Assembly: GCA_002070355.1 (NCBI GenBank)
Contig: MWDC01000001.1
Location: forward strand, 67,994-131,993
Direction: 5' to 3'
DNA length: 64,000 nucleotides
Source of the DNA: Parcubacteria group bacterium ADurb.Bin159
Lineage (GTDB): Bacteria; Patescibacteriota; Patescibacteriia; UBA2591; MWDC01
The notes beneath the pieces were generated by a model. It worked only from the letters and a program-made list of their open reading frames with translations, had not been told where the DNA came from and ran no database searches. Positions 48,799-58,318 of the stretch are shown here, one piece after another; the stretch's first letter is position 1, and every line of letters starts with the position of its first letter. The position numbers and the translations under genes are program-made.

Positions 48799-49086
48799 TT
48801 ATGCTACAATAATCGCTATTAATAAAATAATTTCAAAAAAAAGAGTGGAAGCTAAAATAATTTGAGAAGTCCTTTTAAAATTTTCTAACCACAACAAAAA
48901 AGCAATAATTAAATTTCCCAAAAATAAAATCATCGCCAAGGAATGGATTTCTGCCATCTCCGAAATTCCTGATTTAATCCAATTTATCAAACAAAAAATA
49001 AAACAAAATCCAATAACCAATATATTAAAGGGCTCCTTTATAAATTGTCTTGTTCTTGCTTTAAAAAGAACCGCTTGGAAAGACAC
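48799..49086 (-). CDS. Hypothetical small membrane protein
   Basis: 95 aa with three hydrophobic segments. Confidence 0.3.
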   Translation of the reverse strand: MSFQAVLFKARTRQFIKEPFNILVIGFCFIFCLINWIKSGISEMAEIHSLAMILFLGNLIIAFLLWLENFKRTSQIILASTLFFEIILLIAIIVA

Positions 49087-49273
49087 TTTAAAAATGTTAA
49101 ATATAAAAAATTCAATAAATTACAATTTGAGATTATTTACATTTTATTTATATGTGTTATGATTTATAAAAAAGATTACTGTCTGCTTACTACTTTCCTT
49201 TAAAAAAATAAGCAGGTATTAACATAATGTTAATTTAAATTCTAAATTTTATTCTATATTATTCTATTTTATT

Positions 49274-49567
49274 ATGGCTCATAAAAAAGCAGGTGGTTCA
49301 GCCACATCAGGGAAAACATCTCAATCAAAAAGATTGGGTGTTAAATTATTCGACGGACAAATTGTTAAGCCGGGAATGATTATTGTTAGACAAAAATCAT
49401 CTATGTTTTATCCCGGGGAAGGAGTGCTTCAAGGAAAAGACAAAACTCTTTTTGCTGTTAAAAATGGTTATATCCATTTTTCTTCTAAAAAAGTAAAAAA
49501 TTTCACCGGCAAATTAAAAAAACGACAATTTATCACTATTATTCCTGAAAAGAAAAAATCTAAATAG
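49274..49567 (+). CDS. rpmA: 50S ribosomal protein L27 with a C-terminal extension
   Basis: MAHKKAGGSATSGKTSQSKRLGVK...GMIIVRQ... Confidence 0.8.
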   Translation: MAHKKAGGSATSGKTSQSKRLGVKLFDGQIVKPGMIIVRQKSSMFYPGEGVLQGKDKTLFAVKNGYIHFSSKKVKNFTGKLKKRQFITIIPEKKKSK

Positions 49568-50768
49568 CCCCTTCTAAAATTTCCATTGCCTTTTCTAACT
49601 GGGGGTCTTTTTCTTTTAAGTAATCTTCTTCGGTAAATTCAATTTTTATATCCGGCTCAATGCCCATTTTTTCAATTGACCTATCTTTCGGTGTATACCA
49701 ATAAGCTGCAGTCAGTTTTAAGGCAGAGCCATCAGCCATAGGAATCAAAACTTGAACCGAACCTTTGCCAAAAGTAGTTTCCCCTACAAGAGTAGCTTTT
49801 CCCCAATCCTGCAAAGCGCCAGCTAAAATTTCTGCCCCCGAAGCTGAACCGTTGTTAATCAAAACAACGGTTTTTAAATTGGCAAAATTCCCTCTGCTCT
49901 TAGTTTTATAAGATTGAATTTGATGAATATTATTTTTTGAAGAAACAACAATCTCTTCTTTATTTTCTTCTACCCACCAACCGGCAATATCTACAGCTGT
50001 ATCCAAATATCCACCAGGATTATTTCGTAAATCCAAAATAATTCCTTTTAAAGAAGCAGGATTAAGTGCTTCAACTGCTTCTTCAAATTCCTCTAAAGTA
50101 TTTTCTGAAAAATGAACAATTCGAAGATAAGCAATAGTCGGCGTTTTCTTCTCCCATTTTACACTTTGAATTTTAATAGTATCTCTTATTATTTCAATAT
50201 CTTTTAATGTTTCCCACCCCTCTCTCCAAATAGTTAAAGTAACTGGCGTACCCTTTTTCCCTCGTATAAGCAAAGTCGCCATATCAATAGATAATCCTGC
50301 TGTTGCTTCTCCGTCAATAGCATAAATTTCATCCCCTGTCCGCAAACCCGCTCTTTCCGCCGGAGTTCCAGGCAAAGGAGCAATAACAGTTAATTGATTA
50401 TTTTTTATGCCTATTTCCATACCCACTCCCTCAAAATTTCCGCTTATATCTTCTTCAAACATTTTAGCCAAATCAGGTTTTAAAAAAACAGAATAAGGAT
50501 CTTCTAAACCATTAACCATTCCCTCTAATGCTCCGTAATATAATGTATCGTCGTCAACCGAGGGTACAATATATTGAGTTTTAATCGCAGAATAAACTTC
50601 TTCAAATAAAGTTTGATATTTTAGAGGAGCCCCTAAACTAACGAATGGGTTGAAAACTGATTTTGTCTCTACTCCTACTCCGTAAAAAATACTGCCCAAA
50701 ATAATTCCTAACCCTAAAGCAATAAAAAAAATGATAACTAATGATAAAATAAATGATTTTTTATTCAT
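49560..50768 (-). CDS. ctpA: Carboxyl-terminal processing peptidase (S41) with a PDZ domain
   Basis: GLRTGDEIYAIDG (PDZ) and VVLINNGSASGAEILAGALQD (S41 Ser site). Confidence 0.8.
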   Translation of the reverse strand: MNKKSFILSLVIIFFIALGLGIILGSIFYGVGVETKSVFNPFVSLGAPLKYQTLFEEVYSAIKTQYIVPSVDDDTLYYGALEGMVNGLEDPYSVFLKPDLAKMFEEDISGNFEGVGMEIGIKNNQLTVIAPLPGTPAERAGLRTGDEIYAIDGEATAGLSIDMATLLIRGKKGTPVTLTIWREGWETLKDIEIIRDTIKIQSVKWEKKTPTIAYLRIVHFSENTLEEFEEAVEALNPASLKGIILDLRNNPGGYLDTAVDIAGWWVEENKEEIVVSSKNNIHQIQSYKTKSRGNFANLKTVVLINNGSASGAEILAGALQDWGKATLVGETTFGKGSVQVLIPMADGSALKLTAAYWYTPKDRSIEKMGIEPDIKIEFTEEDYLKEKDPQLEKAMEILEGAI

Positions 50769-50771
50769 ATT

Positions 50772-51866
50772 TTAATCGGAAAAAGATATTTTATTTTGAT
50801 AAAATTCTTCTTCGCTTATATCAAAAATGTGTTTAGCTAAATAAGAGAGCTCTTTAAAATCTCCTGTTCTGGGACGAAGAATGTAGGCGCCATTTGATGC
50901 TACAGCTGGTTTTAACAAATTTTTATCCGAAAGAACAAATGTTCTAACGTTCCAAGAACTTGTATCTTGAAACAATTTTGCTAAACGGGTTGCTTCTTTC
51001 AAAGTTAAATTAGTTTTAATTTTTGAAGTGAAAAAATTATAAAAATAAAAAATTTGCTTTGTGTCTAAAATATCAATTTGTTTTATCTTTTCTTTTAAGG
51101 CTAATAAAACTTGCTGTTGCCTAGCCGAACGGTTAAAATCTGAACCGCTTTCACCATTACCATGTCGAGACCTTACGTATTCTAAAACCCTTTCTCCGTC
51201 CATTAGTTGAAGCCCGGGAGAAAATTTTACTGTTCGATAAGAATAATTTGGTCCGGGAAAAGAATAATCAATGAAGCCTTCTTTAACATCAATAGTCACT
51301 CCCCCAAACCAATCTATCAATTCTATAAAACTATTAAAATCAATTGCCGCCCAATATTTAACAGGAATATCAAACACGTCTTCTATTACTGAACAAATTG
51401 CTTTTCCTCCATCTTTTTTTTGAAAAGTGCTTAAAGCATAAACAGCATTAATTTTATTCCACCCACCATCAATGGGTATATAAAGATCGCGAGGGACGGA
51501 AAGTAAGGATACAGTATGAGATGATGGTTCAATACTTAAAAGAATTATAGTGTCTGTTAAATACGGTCCCTCGTGCCCTTCTCCCCCCATACCTAAAAGT
51601 AAAATATTTATTCTATCGGAATATTCACCAGCTAATACTCCACTGCGGCCAAAAATAATATTTAACGTCCCTTCCCAAAAAGAAAGATGACCAAATCCAT
51701 CTAAAGTACTTTGTTCTAAAACAATAGTTCCTAAACAAAAAAATGCCACGATTAATAAGCAAAAAAGAATTAAAAAGGGTATTTTCCTTTTTGGTTTTTT
51801 TTTCTCTTGTTTTTTCTCCTCCTCTTTAGGAACTGCTTCGGCGAAATTTAACTTGATATTATCCAT
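50772..51866 (-). CDS. LytR-CpsA-Psr (LCP) family protein
   Basis: N-terminal TM followed by NILLLGMGGEGHEGPYLTDTIILLSIEP...VPRDL. Confidence 0.75.
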   Translation of the reverse strand: MDNIKLNFAEAVPKEEEKKQEKKKPKRKIPFLILFCLLIVAFFCLGTIVLEQSTLDGFGHLSFWEGTLNIIFGRSGVLAGEYSDRINILLLGMGGEGHEGPYLTDTIILLSIEPSSHTVSLLSVPRDLYIPIDGGWNKINAVYALSTFQKKDGGKAICSVIEDVFDIPVKYWAAIDFNSFIELIDWFGGVTIDVKEGFIDYSFPGPNYSYRTVKFSPGLQLMDGERVLEYVRSRHGNGESGSDFNRSARQQQVLLALKEKIKQIDILDTKQIFYFYNFFTSKIKTNLTLKEATRLAKLFQDTSSWNVRTFVLSDKNLLKPAVASNGAYILRPRTGDFKELSYLAKHIFDISEEEFYQNKISFSD

Positions 51867-51905
51867 ATTTATGCTACAATTTTATCTATTAATAACAAAC
51901 AACAA

Positions 51906-51976
51906 GCGGGATTAGTTGAGCGGCTCAACATCACTCTTCCAAGGTGAAAAGACGGGTTCGACTCCCGTATCCCGCT
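51906..51976 (+). tRNA. tRNA-Gly (TCC), no encoded CCA
   Basis: Manual fold: acceptor GCGGGAU/AUCCCGC, D-arm GUUG-AGCGGCU-CAAC, anticodon loop CU-UCC-AA, T-arm ACGGG-UUCGACU-CCCGU, discriminator U73 (typical for Gly). Confidence 0.75.
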
Positions 51977-52430
51977 TCTTTACTTTGTAATAACTCCTTA
52001 CAAGACAAAATAATTCTACTTAAATAGAAGTATGTCGAACCCGAGGAAAGGGGTCGGGAAAACCTGGGTTTTCCCGTGGCGGAAGTACTGAAACCGAAGG
52101 GTTTCAGGGAGCGAAGCGACGGGGCGACTCCCGTATCCCGCTTTTTAATTTGCTCTTTCTTTAGGGTAATAAATTTTAAAAATTGGTCAAGCCCCAAATC
52201 ATTCAAATTCAAAATTTAAAGTCATTTATTATGACTTTTTTATATTGAATTTAATCATTTTTTTGCTAAAATTAAATTATAAAATTTTTATTTCAAGGAT
52301 TTTTACTCTGTCTTTCTGTAGGGTTGATTGACTTACCGGAAATTAAAGGAAAAAAATATTCTGTTTAAAAAATAAATTTAAAAAACGAAGAATACCTTAA
52401 TAGGCAAATTTTACCCGAAATATAGAAATT

Positions 52431-53918
52431 ATGAAAAAAAATTTAATTTTTTATATTATTATTATTATTTTAGTTATTTTATTTTGTTTAATTATTTTTC
52501 TTATGACCTCTAAAAATACTTCTCTAATTAGACAACCGGCTGTAACTGGAATTTTTTATCCAAAAGATAAAGAAAAACTATCTCGTATGATTGATAGTTT
52601 TTTAGCTAAAGCTGATACTATTTCCTTAAAGGGAAAACCGCAGATTATAATTGTGCCTCATGCGGGTTATGAGTTTTCTGGCAGCGTGGCTGCTTATGGA
52701 TTTAAAACCTTAGAAAATAAAAATTATAAAAGAGCCATTATTATTGGCCCGTCTCATCAAAGTTATTTTTCCGGCTTTGCCATTAGCCAAGCTGATTTTT
52801 GGCAAACCCCTTTAGGAAAAATAAAAATTGATAAAAATCTGCGAGAAAAAATATCCAAAAATAATAATTTGATTTTTATTTCTGATAATGCTCATTTAAA
52901 TGAACATTGTTTAGAAGTGGAAGTCCCCTTTTTACAAAAAATCAATCCTCAAATAAAAATTTTACCTATTATTATTGGACCGTATAATCCCCAACCAGAA
53001 GTATTGGCAAGTGTTTTAGAAGAATATTTGGATTCTTCCACTATTCTTATTATTTCTTCTGATTTATCTCATTATCCTCCCTATGAAATAGCCAAAGAAA
53101 GAGATGGGGAAGTTATAAAAGCAATTTTAGAATTAGATAAAGAAAAATTTTCTACTATAGTGAAAGATTTAGATGAAGCTAATAATTTAGTTACCCGCGC
53201 TTGCGGAGAAGAAGCCATAAAAATCGGATTTATTTTAGCTGAAAAATTAAAATTAAAACCCTATCTTCTAAAATACGCTAATTCCGGCGATACAAATGGG
53301 GATATTAATCAAGTTGTTGGTTATGCCTCTATTGCTTTTTTAACTGAAAATAAAAATGATATAAGCGCTCTTAGTCAAAAAGATAAACAAGAACTTTTAT
53401 CTATTGCCCGTGATTCTATTGACTACTATTTAAAAACAGGGAAAATCCTTGAAGTTCAAACTAAAAATCCATCTCTTTTAAAACCGCAGGGAGCTTTTGT
53501 TACTTTAAAAGAAAATGGGGAATTGCGGGGATGTATAGGAAATTTAACAGCAAATAAGCCATTGGCGGAAACTGTAGCTTATATGGCAGTAGAAGCTGCT
53601 TTTGGCGACCCAAGATTTTTATCCTTAGAGAAAGAAGAATTATCTAAAATTAAAATTGAAATTTCTGTTCTTTCTCCCTTAAAAAAAATAAATGACCCTT
53701 TTACAGAAATAGAAATAGGCAAACACGGAGTACTTATAGAACAAGGAAATCGTTCCGGCGTATTTCTCCCCCAAGTGGCTACAGAAAATAATTGGAGTTT
53801 AGAAACTTTTATGGATGAGCTTTGTCTTTATAAAGCTGGTATTTCCCCTGACGCCTGGAAAACTGGCCAAGCTGATATTTATGTTTTCACTGCCGAAGTA
53901 TTTAGCGAAAAAGAATAA
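52431..53918 (+). CDS. Memo1-like (DUF52) and AMMECR1 domain fusion protein
   Basis: N-terminal IIVPHAGYEFSG (Memo/extradiol-dioxygenase-like fold). C-terminal GAFVTLKENGELRGCIGN (AMMECR1 signature). Confidence 0.7.
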   Translation: MKKNLIFYIIIIILVILFCLIIFLMTSKNTSLIRQPAVTGIFYPKDKEKLSRMIDSFLAKADTISLKGKPQIIIVPHAGYEFSGSVAAYGFKTLENKNYKRAIIIGPSHQSYFSGFAISQADFWQTPLGKIKIDKNLREKISKNNNLIFISDNAHLNEHCLEVEVPFLQKINPQIKILPIIIGPYNPQPEVLASVLEEYLDSSTILIISSDLSHYPPYEIAKERDGEVIKAILELDKEKFSTIVKDLDEANNLVTRACGEEAIKIGFILAEKLKLKPYLLKYANSGDTNGDINQVVGYASIAFLTENKNDISALSQKDKQELLSIARDSIDYYLKTGKILEVQTKNPSLLKPQGAFVTLKENGELRGCIGNLTANKPLAETVAYMAVEAAFGDPRFLSLEKEELSKIKIEISVLSPLKKINDPFTEIEIGKHGVLIEQGNRSGVFLPQVATENNWSLETFMDELCLYKAGISPDAWKTGQADIYVFTAEVFSEKE

Positions 53919-53933
53919 AAAATTTTAAAAAAT

Positions 53934-53962
53934 AAAAAACGGGTTTTTTAGACCCGTTTTTA
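53934..53962. terminator. Bidirectional terminator between convergent genes
   Basis: aaaacgggt-ttttta-gacccgtttt. Confidence 0.6.
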
Positions 53963-53983
53963 ATGTTTTTAATTAATTTTATT

Positions 53984-54631
53984 TTACTTTTTTTGCTCCC
54001 ATTTTTTCCGTTTCTTTAAAGCCACATAATTCGGCTTTAATTCTTTCTTCCGTTTATCTCTATATTTTCTCCTTTTTTTTCTCAATCGCCTAAGATAAGC
54101 TTTTGCTTTAGGCGACAGATTAAAATCCCAATCCCGACAAACTGATTTTCCTGTTTTGTGATCCCGATAATTGGAACATTTCCAATACCGGGACTTCATT
54201 CCTTTGCCCCGAGCGATTACCATAAACTTCCCGCATTCTGGACAATGCGGCCGATGCTGAATTCTCCATTGGGCTATCCATGCCTGGGACAAAAGATTTT
54301 TAGCAAAATTTTTCGTCCTATGTAATGGATGAGATGAATACAGAATATTCTTTCTTATTGCGTCTCGGATGATTACCCAGCCCGAATCTGACTCTCGGGC
54401 CTTATTTTCCTTTAAAAGCCAAGTTGTCCACACGACAACTTCTAAACCGTTAACCGTATATCGAAAACCGACCTCTCTTCCTTTTGTTGATCGAGGACTC
54501 TTTAAATTCTCAATCTCCTTTTGTATTTCTTTGGGACTTATTTTCTCAAAACCCCATTGGAAGACGAGGGTGTCCTCAATATAATAAAAATCTTCTCTCT
54601 TAATTTTTTCCTTGAATGAATTCTCAGACAA
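53984..54631 (-). CDS. Hypothetical protein with a Cys4 zinc ribbon and a highly basic C-terminal tail
   Basis: CPECGKF...CSNYRDHKTGKSVC, then a K/R-rich ~45-aa tail. Confidence 0.4.
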   Translation of the reverse strand: MSENSFKEKIKREDFYYIEDTLVFQWGFEKISPKEIQKEIENLKSPRSTKGREVGFRYTVNGLEVVVWTTWLLKENKARESDSGWVIIRDAIRKNILYSSHPLHRTKNFAKNLLSQAWIAQWRIQHRPHCPECGKFMVIARGKGMKSRYWKCSNYRDHKTGKSVCRDWDFNLSPKAKAYLRRLRKKRRKYRDKRKKELKPNYVALKKRKKWEQKK

Positions 54632-54800
54632 TTTTTCCTCCTTTTGTTTTGAATTTTAAATTTAACAAAATAAATTGAAAAGAACTTATTTATATTAAAA
54701 CTTTTTTCCAAATTTGTCAAATGAAATTATTGGGTTTTTAATGAAAAATAAAAAATCATTAAATTAAAGACGATAAAAAACTTTAAAGCAGAAAAAACGC

Positions 54801-56204
54801 TCAAAAAGAACCGCCGCCAATGGGCTGTCCCCAATGGACTTCTTTTATTTGCTTTTCAGGCAATTCATCCGGCGCTCCCAGCATCAAATCTTTAGCATCA
54901 GTTGTTTTGGGGAAGGCAATTACTTCTCTAATATTTGGCTCATTTCTTAAAAGCATTATTAAACGGTCAAACCCAAAGGCAATACCCCCGTGAGGAGGAG
55001 CCCCATATTCAAAAGCTTTTAAAAATTTTCCGAATTTTCTTTCTATCTCTTTTTTATTTACTTCTAAAAGGCGAAATATTTTATATTGAAGATTTGGATC
55101 ATATATTCTTAAGGCTCCTCCGGCTATCTCACAACCATTACAAACTAAATCATATTGATGAGCCCTTACTTTTAGCGGCTCTTTATCTAAAAGAGGGATA
55201 TCTTCTTCATAAGGAAGAGTAAAAGGATTATGAGTAGAAACTATTTTTTTCTCAGTTTCGCTATATTCAAATAAAGAAAAATCTCTAATCCAAACAAAAG
55301 CGAGCTCGTCTTTATCATCTTTATTTTCCCGCAAATCAGGTTTGTCGGTTTTATATTTTTCTAAAACATCTTGGGCTTTTAAATGAGGAAAAGGATATTT
55401 AATCTTTTTTTCAGGGAAATTTTCCTTAATTGTCTTAATTACCATTTCTTCCACTAAAGCTAAAATTTCTTCTTCTGTCATAAAACTCATTTCCATATCT
55501 AGTTGAGTAAATTCCGGCTGTCTATCGCCACGACTGTCTTCATCGCGAAAACAACGAGCGAATTGAAAATATCTTTCCATGCCAGCAATCATTAATAATT
55601 GTTTAAATTGCTGTGGCGCTTGAGGCAAAACATAAAACTTTCCCGGATAAAGACGTGAGGGCACAATATATTCTCTTGAGCCCTCCGGAGTTCCCTTAGT
55701 CAAATAAGGGGTTTCTATCTCTATAAAGCCCTTTTCATCCAAAAAATCTCTCATACTTTTAATCAAACGATAGCGGAAAGTTAGATTATCTTTCATTCGC
55801 TTATGACGCAAATCCAAATAACGGTAAGTAAGACGCGTTTCTTCTGTTGCTCTAATAATTTCATTATCAATAGTAAAAGGAGGAGTAAGGGAAGAAGAAA
55901 TAATTTTACCTCTTTTTATCTCTACTTCAATTTCTCCGGTTAATAAATCGGAATTTATTTGATTTTCTGGTCTTTTAACCACTTTGCCGATAATTTCCAC
56001 CACGTATTCCGGTTTAATTGCTTCGGCAATTTTTTTCAATTCTTCATTAATCCCTGAGGGAAAAACTATTTGAACTAACCCCGAATAGTCGCGCAAATCA
56101 GCAAAAATAATTTTACCCATTTTCCGTTTAGTGTTTATCCAACCGCATAAACGAACATCCTCTCCCTGTTTTTTTATTGTATCTTTAGCCAAAGTTCTTT
56201 CCAT
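54801..56204 (-). CDS. aspS: Aspartate--tRNA ligase (short form without a GAD insertion)
   Basis: N-terminal OB (VRLCGWINTKRKMGKIIFADLRD), FRDEDSRGDRQPEFTQLDME and GGIAFGFDRL. Confidence 0.8.
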   Translation of the reverse strand: MERTLAKDTIKKQGEDVRLCGWINTKRKMGKIIFADLRDYSGLVQIVFPSGINEELKKIAEAIKPEYVVEIIGKVVKRPENQINSDLLTGEIEVEIKRGKIISSSLTPPFTIDNEIIRATEETRLTYRYLDLRHKRMKDNLTFRYRLIKSMRDFLDEKGFIEIETPYLTKGTPEGSREYIVPSRLYPGKFYVLPQAPQQFKQLLMIAGMERYFQFARCFRDEDSRGDRQPEFTQLDMEMSFMTEEEILALVEEMVIKTIKENFPEKKIKYPFPHLKAQDVLEKYKTDKPDLRENKDDKDELAFVWIRDFSLFEYSETEKKIVSTHNPFTLPYEEDIPLLDKEPLKVRAHQYDLVCNGCEIAGGALRIYDPNLQYKIFRLLEVNKKEIERKFGKFLKAFEYGAPPHGGIAFGFDRLIMLLRNEPNIREVIAFPKTTDAKDLMLGAPDELPEKQIKEVHWGQPIGGGSF

Positions 56205-56294
56205 AATTTAGATTATAACAAAAAAGAAAAAAAGAAAAAGGGCAACTTAATGTTGCTCTTATTAAATACAATGTTTCCCCTCTTTTTTGTTTAG

Positions 56295-56367
56295 AGGGGT
56301 TGGCTGGAATCGAACCAGCATGAGCAGGCTTTCGCGCCTACTGCGTTGACCACTCCGCCACAACCCC
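56295..56367 (-). tRNA. tRNA-like gene with canonical acceptor, D and T arms but a non-canonical (6-nt) anticodon loop; isotype undetermined
   Basis: Acceptor GGGGUUG/CAACCCC, T-arm GCUGG-UUCGAUU-CCAGC. The central hairpin UAGGC-GCGAAA-GCCUG does not give a standard 7-nt loop. Confidence 0.5.
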
Positions 56368-56378
56368 ATTTTTTTTAT

Positions 56379-56606
56379 CTAATATTTTTCTATTATTTCT
56401 AAAATTTTATGTTTTTCTCTACTCCCCTTAATTATTTTTATATTTTTTTCAGAAATATTTAAGTAATTAGCTAATATCTTTTTTACTCTTTCGTTAGCCA
56501 TACCCCTTTCTGGCTTTTCTTTTGTTTTAATTTCAAATTTATCATTTGCTTTTTTTATAATCTCCTCTTCTTTTGATTTTGAGAAAACCGTAACTTTAAT
56601 TAACAT
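56379..56606 (-). CDS. DUF167 (YggU-like) family protein
   Basis: IKVTVFSKSK...KEKPERGMANERVKKILANYLNISEKNIKIIKGSREKHKIL matches the DUF167 pattern recalled from memory. Confidence 0.5.
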   Translation of the reverse strand: MLIKVTVFSKSKEEEIIKKANDKFEIKTKEKPERGMANERVKKILANYLNISEKNIKIIKGSREKHKILEIIEKY

Positions 56607-57001
56607 AAAATAATTTTTACTATTATTGTTCTTGTTCTTGGCCCATCAAATTCTGCCAAAAAAATCTGCTGCCATGTTCCTTGAACCAATGAACCGTCTT
56701 CAATTAATAAAATTTTTTCTTGACCAATTATACCGGATAAAATATGTGAATCAGCATTGTCGTCAATTTTATTATGGTTAAAATCAAAATTTGAAACAAT
56801 CTTCTCTAAAAATTTAAGCCAATCCTTTTTTAATCCCTCTTCATTTTCTGTCAAAATAATTCCTGCCGTAGAATGAGGAACAAAAATAATTGCCAAACCG
56901 TTTTGAATTTTACTTTGTTTTATTATCTCTTTTATCTTTCCCGTAATATCAACTAATTCGTACCTATCTTTTGTAAAAATATCAATTTTTTCTAATTGCA
57001 T
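56600..57001 (-). CDS. YjbQ/UPF0047 family protein
   Basis: VPHSTAGIILTENEEG...GTWQQIFLAEFDGPRTR matches the YjbQ core. Confidence 0.6.
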   Translation of the reverse strand: MQLEKIDIFTKDRYELVDITGKIKEIIKQSKIQNGLAIIFVPHSTAGIILTENEEGLKKDWLKFLEKIVSNFDFNHNKIDDNADSHILSGIIGQEKILLIEDGSLVQGTWQQIFLAEFDGPRTRTIIVKIILC

Positions 57002-57016
57002 AAATTTTTAAAAAAA

Positions 57017-57469
57017 TTAAATAATTCTTTTAATCACAACTATATCTTGCCGATTTAGTATCTCTGAAGCTGGAGTTATTTGCACTTTTCCTATGGCTTT
57101 GCCATTTTTATCTTTTTCTAATTTTGCCTCAATCATTTTTTTATCTCCTATATACATTAAAACATGGCCAATGCCTTGAGGAAATTCTGGATTATAATGT
57201 CCCCATTTTCCTTTAATAAAGATCAAATCACCTATTTCCAACTCCTCCTTTTTATAATCTATTGTTTTACCAAAATGCGCTTGTGCTAAAGCTGTTCTGG
57301 GTAAATTAATGCCTATTTTTTTATAAAGATATTGAACAAAGCTTGAACAATCAAAGCATTTCGGCGCTTCGCTTGCTTTAGCCCCATATTTATAAGGTTT
57401 GCCTATATTTTTTAAAGCAAAATGGACTAATCTTTTTTGTTGTTTGATTTTTTTCTCATTAATTTTCAT
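57017..57469 (-). CDS. NlpC/P60 (C40) family peptidase
   Basis: YKYGAKASEAPKCFDCSSFV (catalytic Cys) and GHVLMYIG (His). Confidence 0.6.
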   Translation of the reverse strand: MKINEKKIKQQKRLVHFALKNIGKPYKYGAKASEAPKCFDCSSFVQYLYKKIGINLPRTALAQAHFGKTIDYKKEELEIGDLIFIKGKWGHYNPEFPQGIGHVLMYIGDKKMIEAKLEKDKNGKAIGKVQITPASEILNRQDIVVIKRII

Positions 57470-57474
57470 ATTTT

Positions 57475-58299
57475 TTATGCCCTCAAATTAAATAATCGCT
57501 TAGCATTGTCATCAATATTTTTTTCTGTATTTCTAAAAGATAAATTTTTAATTTGGGAAATTTTTTCTACTACCAACCGTACATAATGCGGTTCATTGCG
57601 TTTTCCCCGATAAGGTTCTGGAGTCAAAAATGGACAATCTGTTTCCGCTAAAATTTTAGATAAAGGCATCTTTTTTATTGTTTCTAAAACATCTTTATCG
57701 GCATTTTCAAAAGTAATAACGCCGGTAAAGCCAATATAAAAACCTAAATTAAGAAATTCTTGGGCAATATCAAAATCAGCAGAAAAACAATGAATTTCTC
57801 CTTGGGGCAAATTTTTGTATTTCTTTAATATTTCAAGTATTTTCAAATAAGCGTCTTTTGGTTTATCCTTACTACCGCGACAATGCAGAATAACGGGCAA
57901 ATTGAATTTTTTAGCCATATCAAGATGCGCCAAAAAAACTTCTTTTTGATATTTTATGTCCTCATTTTTTGAATGATAAAAATCCAATCCTGTTTCTCCA
58001 ATGGCTTTAATGTATTTTTTGTTTTTTTCAATCAGTAAATAATATTTTGGGGAATAAAAGTTAGATGATTGTTTGTGAGAATGGATATGAATGGGATGAA
58101 GACCAACGGCTGCCCAACAATTTTTATATCTTTGGGCGATATTAATAGCTTTTTGGCTCGTGGCAAAATTAGAACCAATATTAATGATTCCGGAAAGACC
58201 TTCTCCAAAACTCCGTCTTATAACTTCTTCCTCATCTTGCTCAAAAGCCTTAAAATTTAAATGTGAATGAACATCAAACATAAAAAATTTAAATCCCAA
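57475..58299 (-). CDS. tatD: TatD-family metal-dependent hydrolase
   Basis: MFDVHSHL, IGETGLDFY and the HCRG motif. Confidence 0.8.
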   Translation of the reverse strand: MGFKFFMFDVHSHLNFKAFEQDEEEVIRRSFGEGLSGIINIGSNFATSQKAINIAQRYKNCWAAVGLHPIHIHSHKQSSNFYSPKYYLLIEKNKKYIKAIGETGLDFYHSKNEDIKYQKEVFLAHLDMAKKFNLPVILHCRGSKDKPKDAYLKILEILKKYKNLPQGEIHCFSADFDIAQEFLNLGFYIGFTGVITFENADKDVLETIKKMPLSKILAETDCPFLTPEPYRGKRNEPHYVRLVVEKISQIKNLSFRNTEKNIDDNAKRLFNLRA

Positions 58300-58318
58300 A
58301 AATCAAATACGCCAAAGG

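Noticed and set aside
51906-52152. Possible tmRNA (ssrA) spanning the tRNA-Gly-like 5' part and the duplicated T-arm/acceptor 3' part
   Set aside because: The acceptor stem has G3-C70 rather than the G3:U70 alanine identity pair. The first part folds as a complete cloverleaf with an anticodon arm. No tag-peptide reading frame ending in ..AA-stop was found. At 247 nt it is too short.
51931-52212. 93-aa minus-strand ORF in the track
   Set aside because: It lies antisense across tRNA-Gly and its downstream 3'-end duplicate, and has no RBS. More likely structured non-coding DNA.
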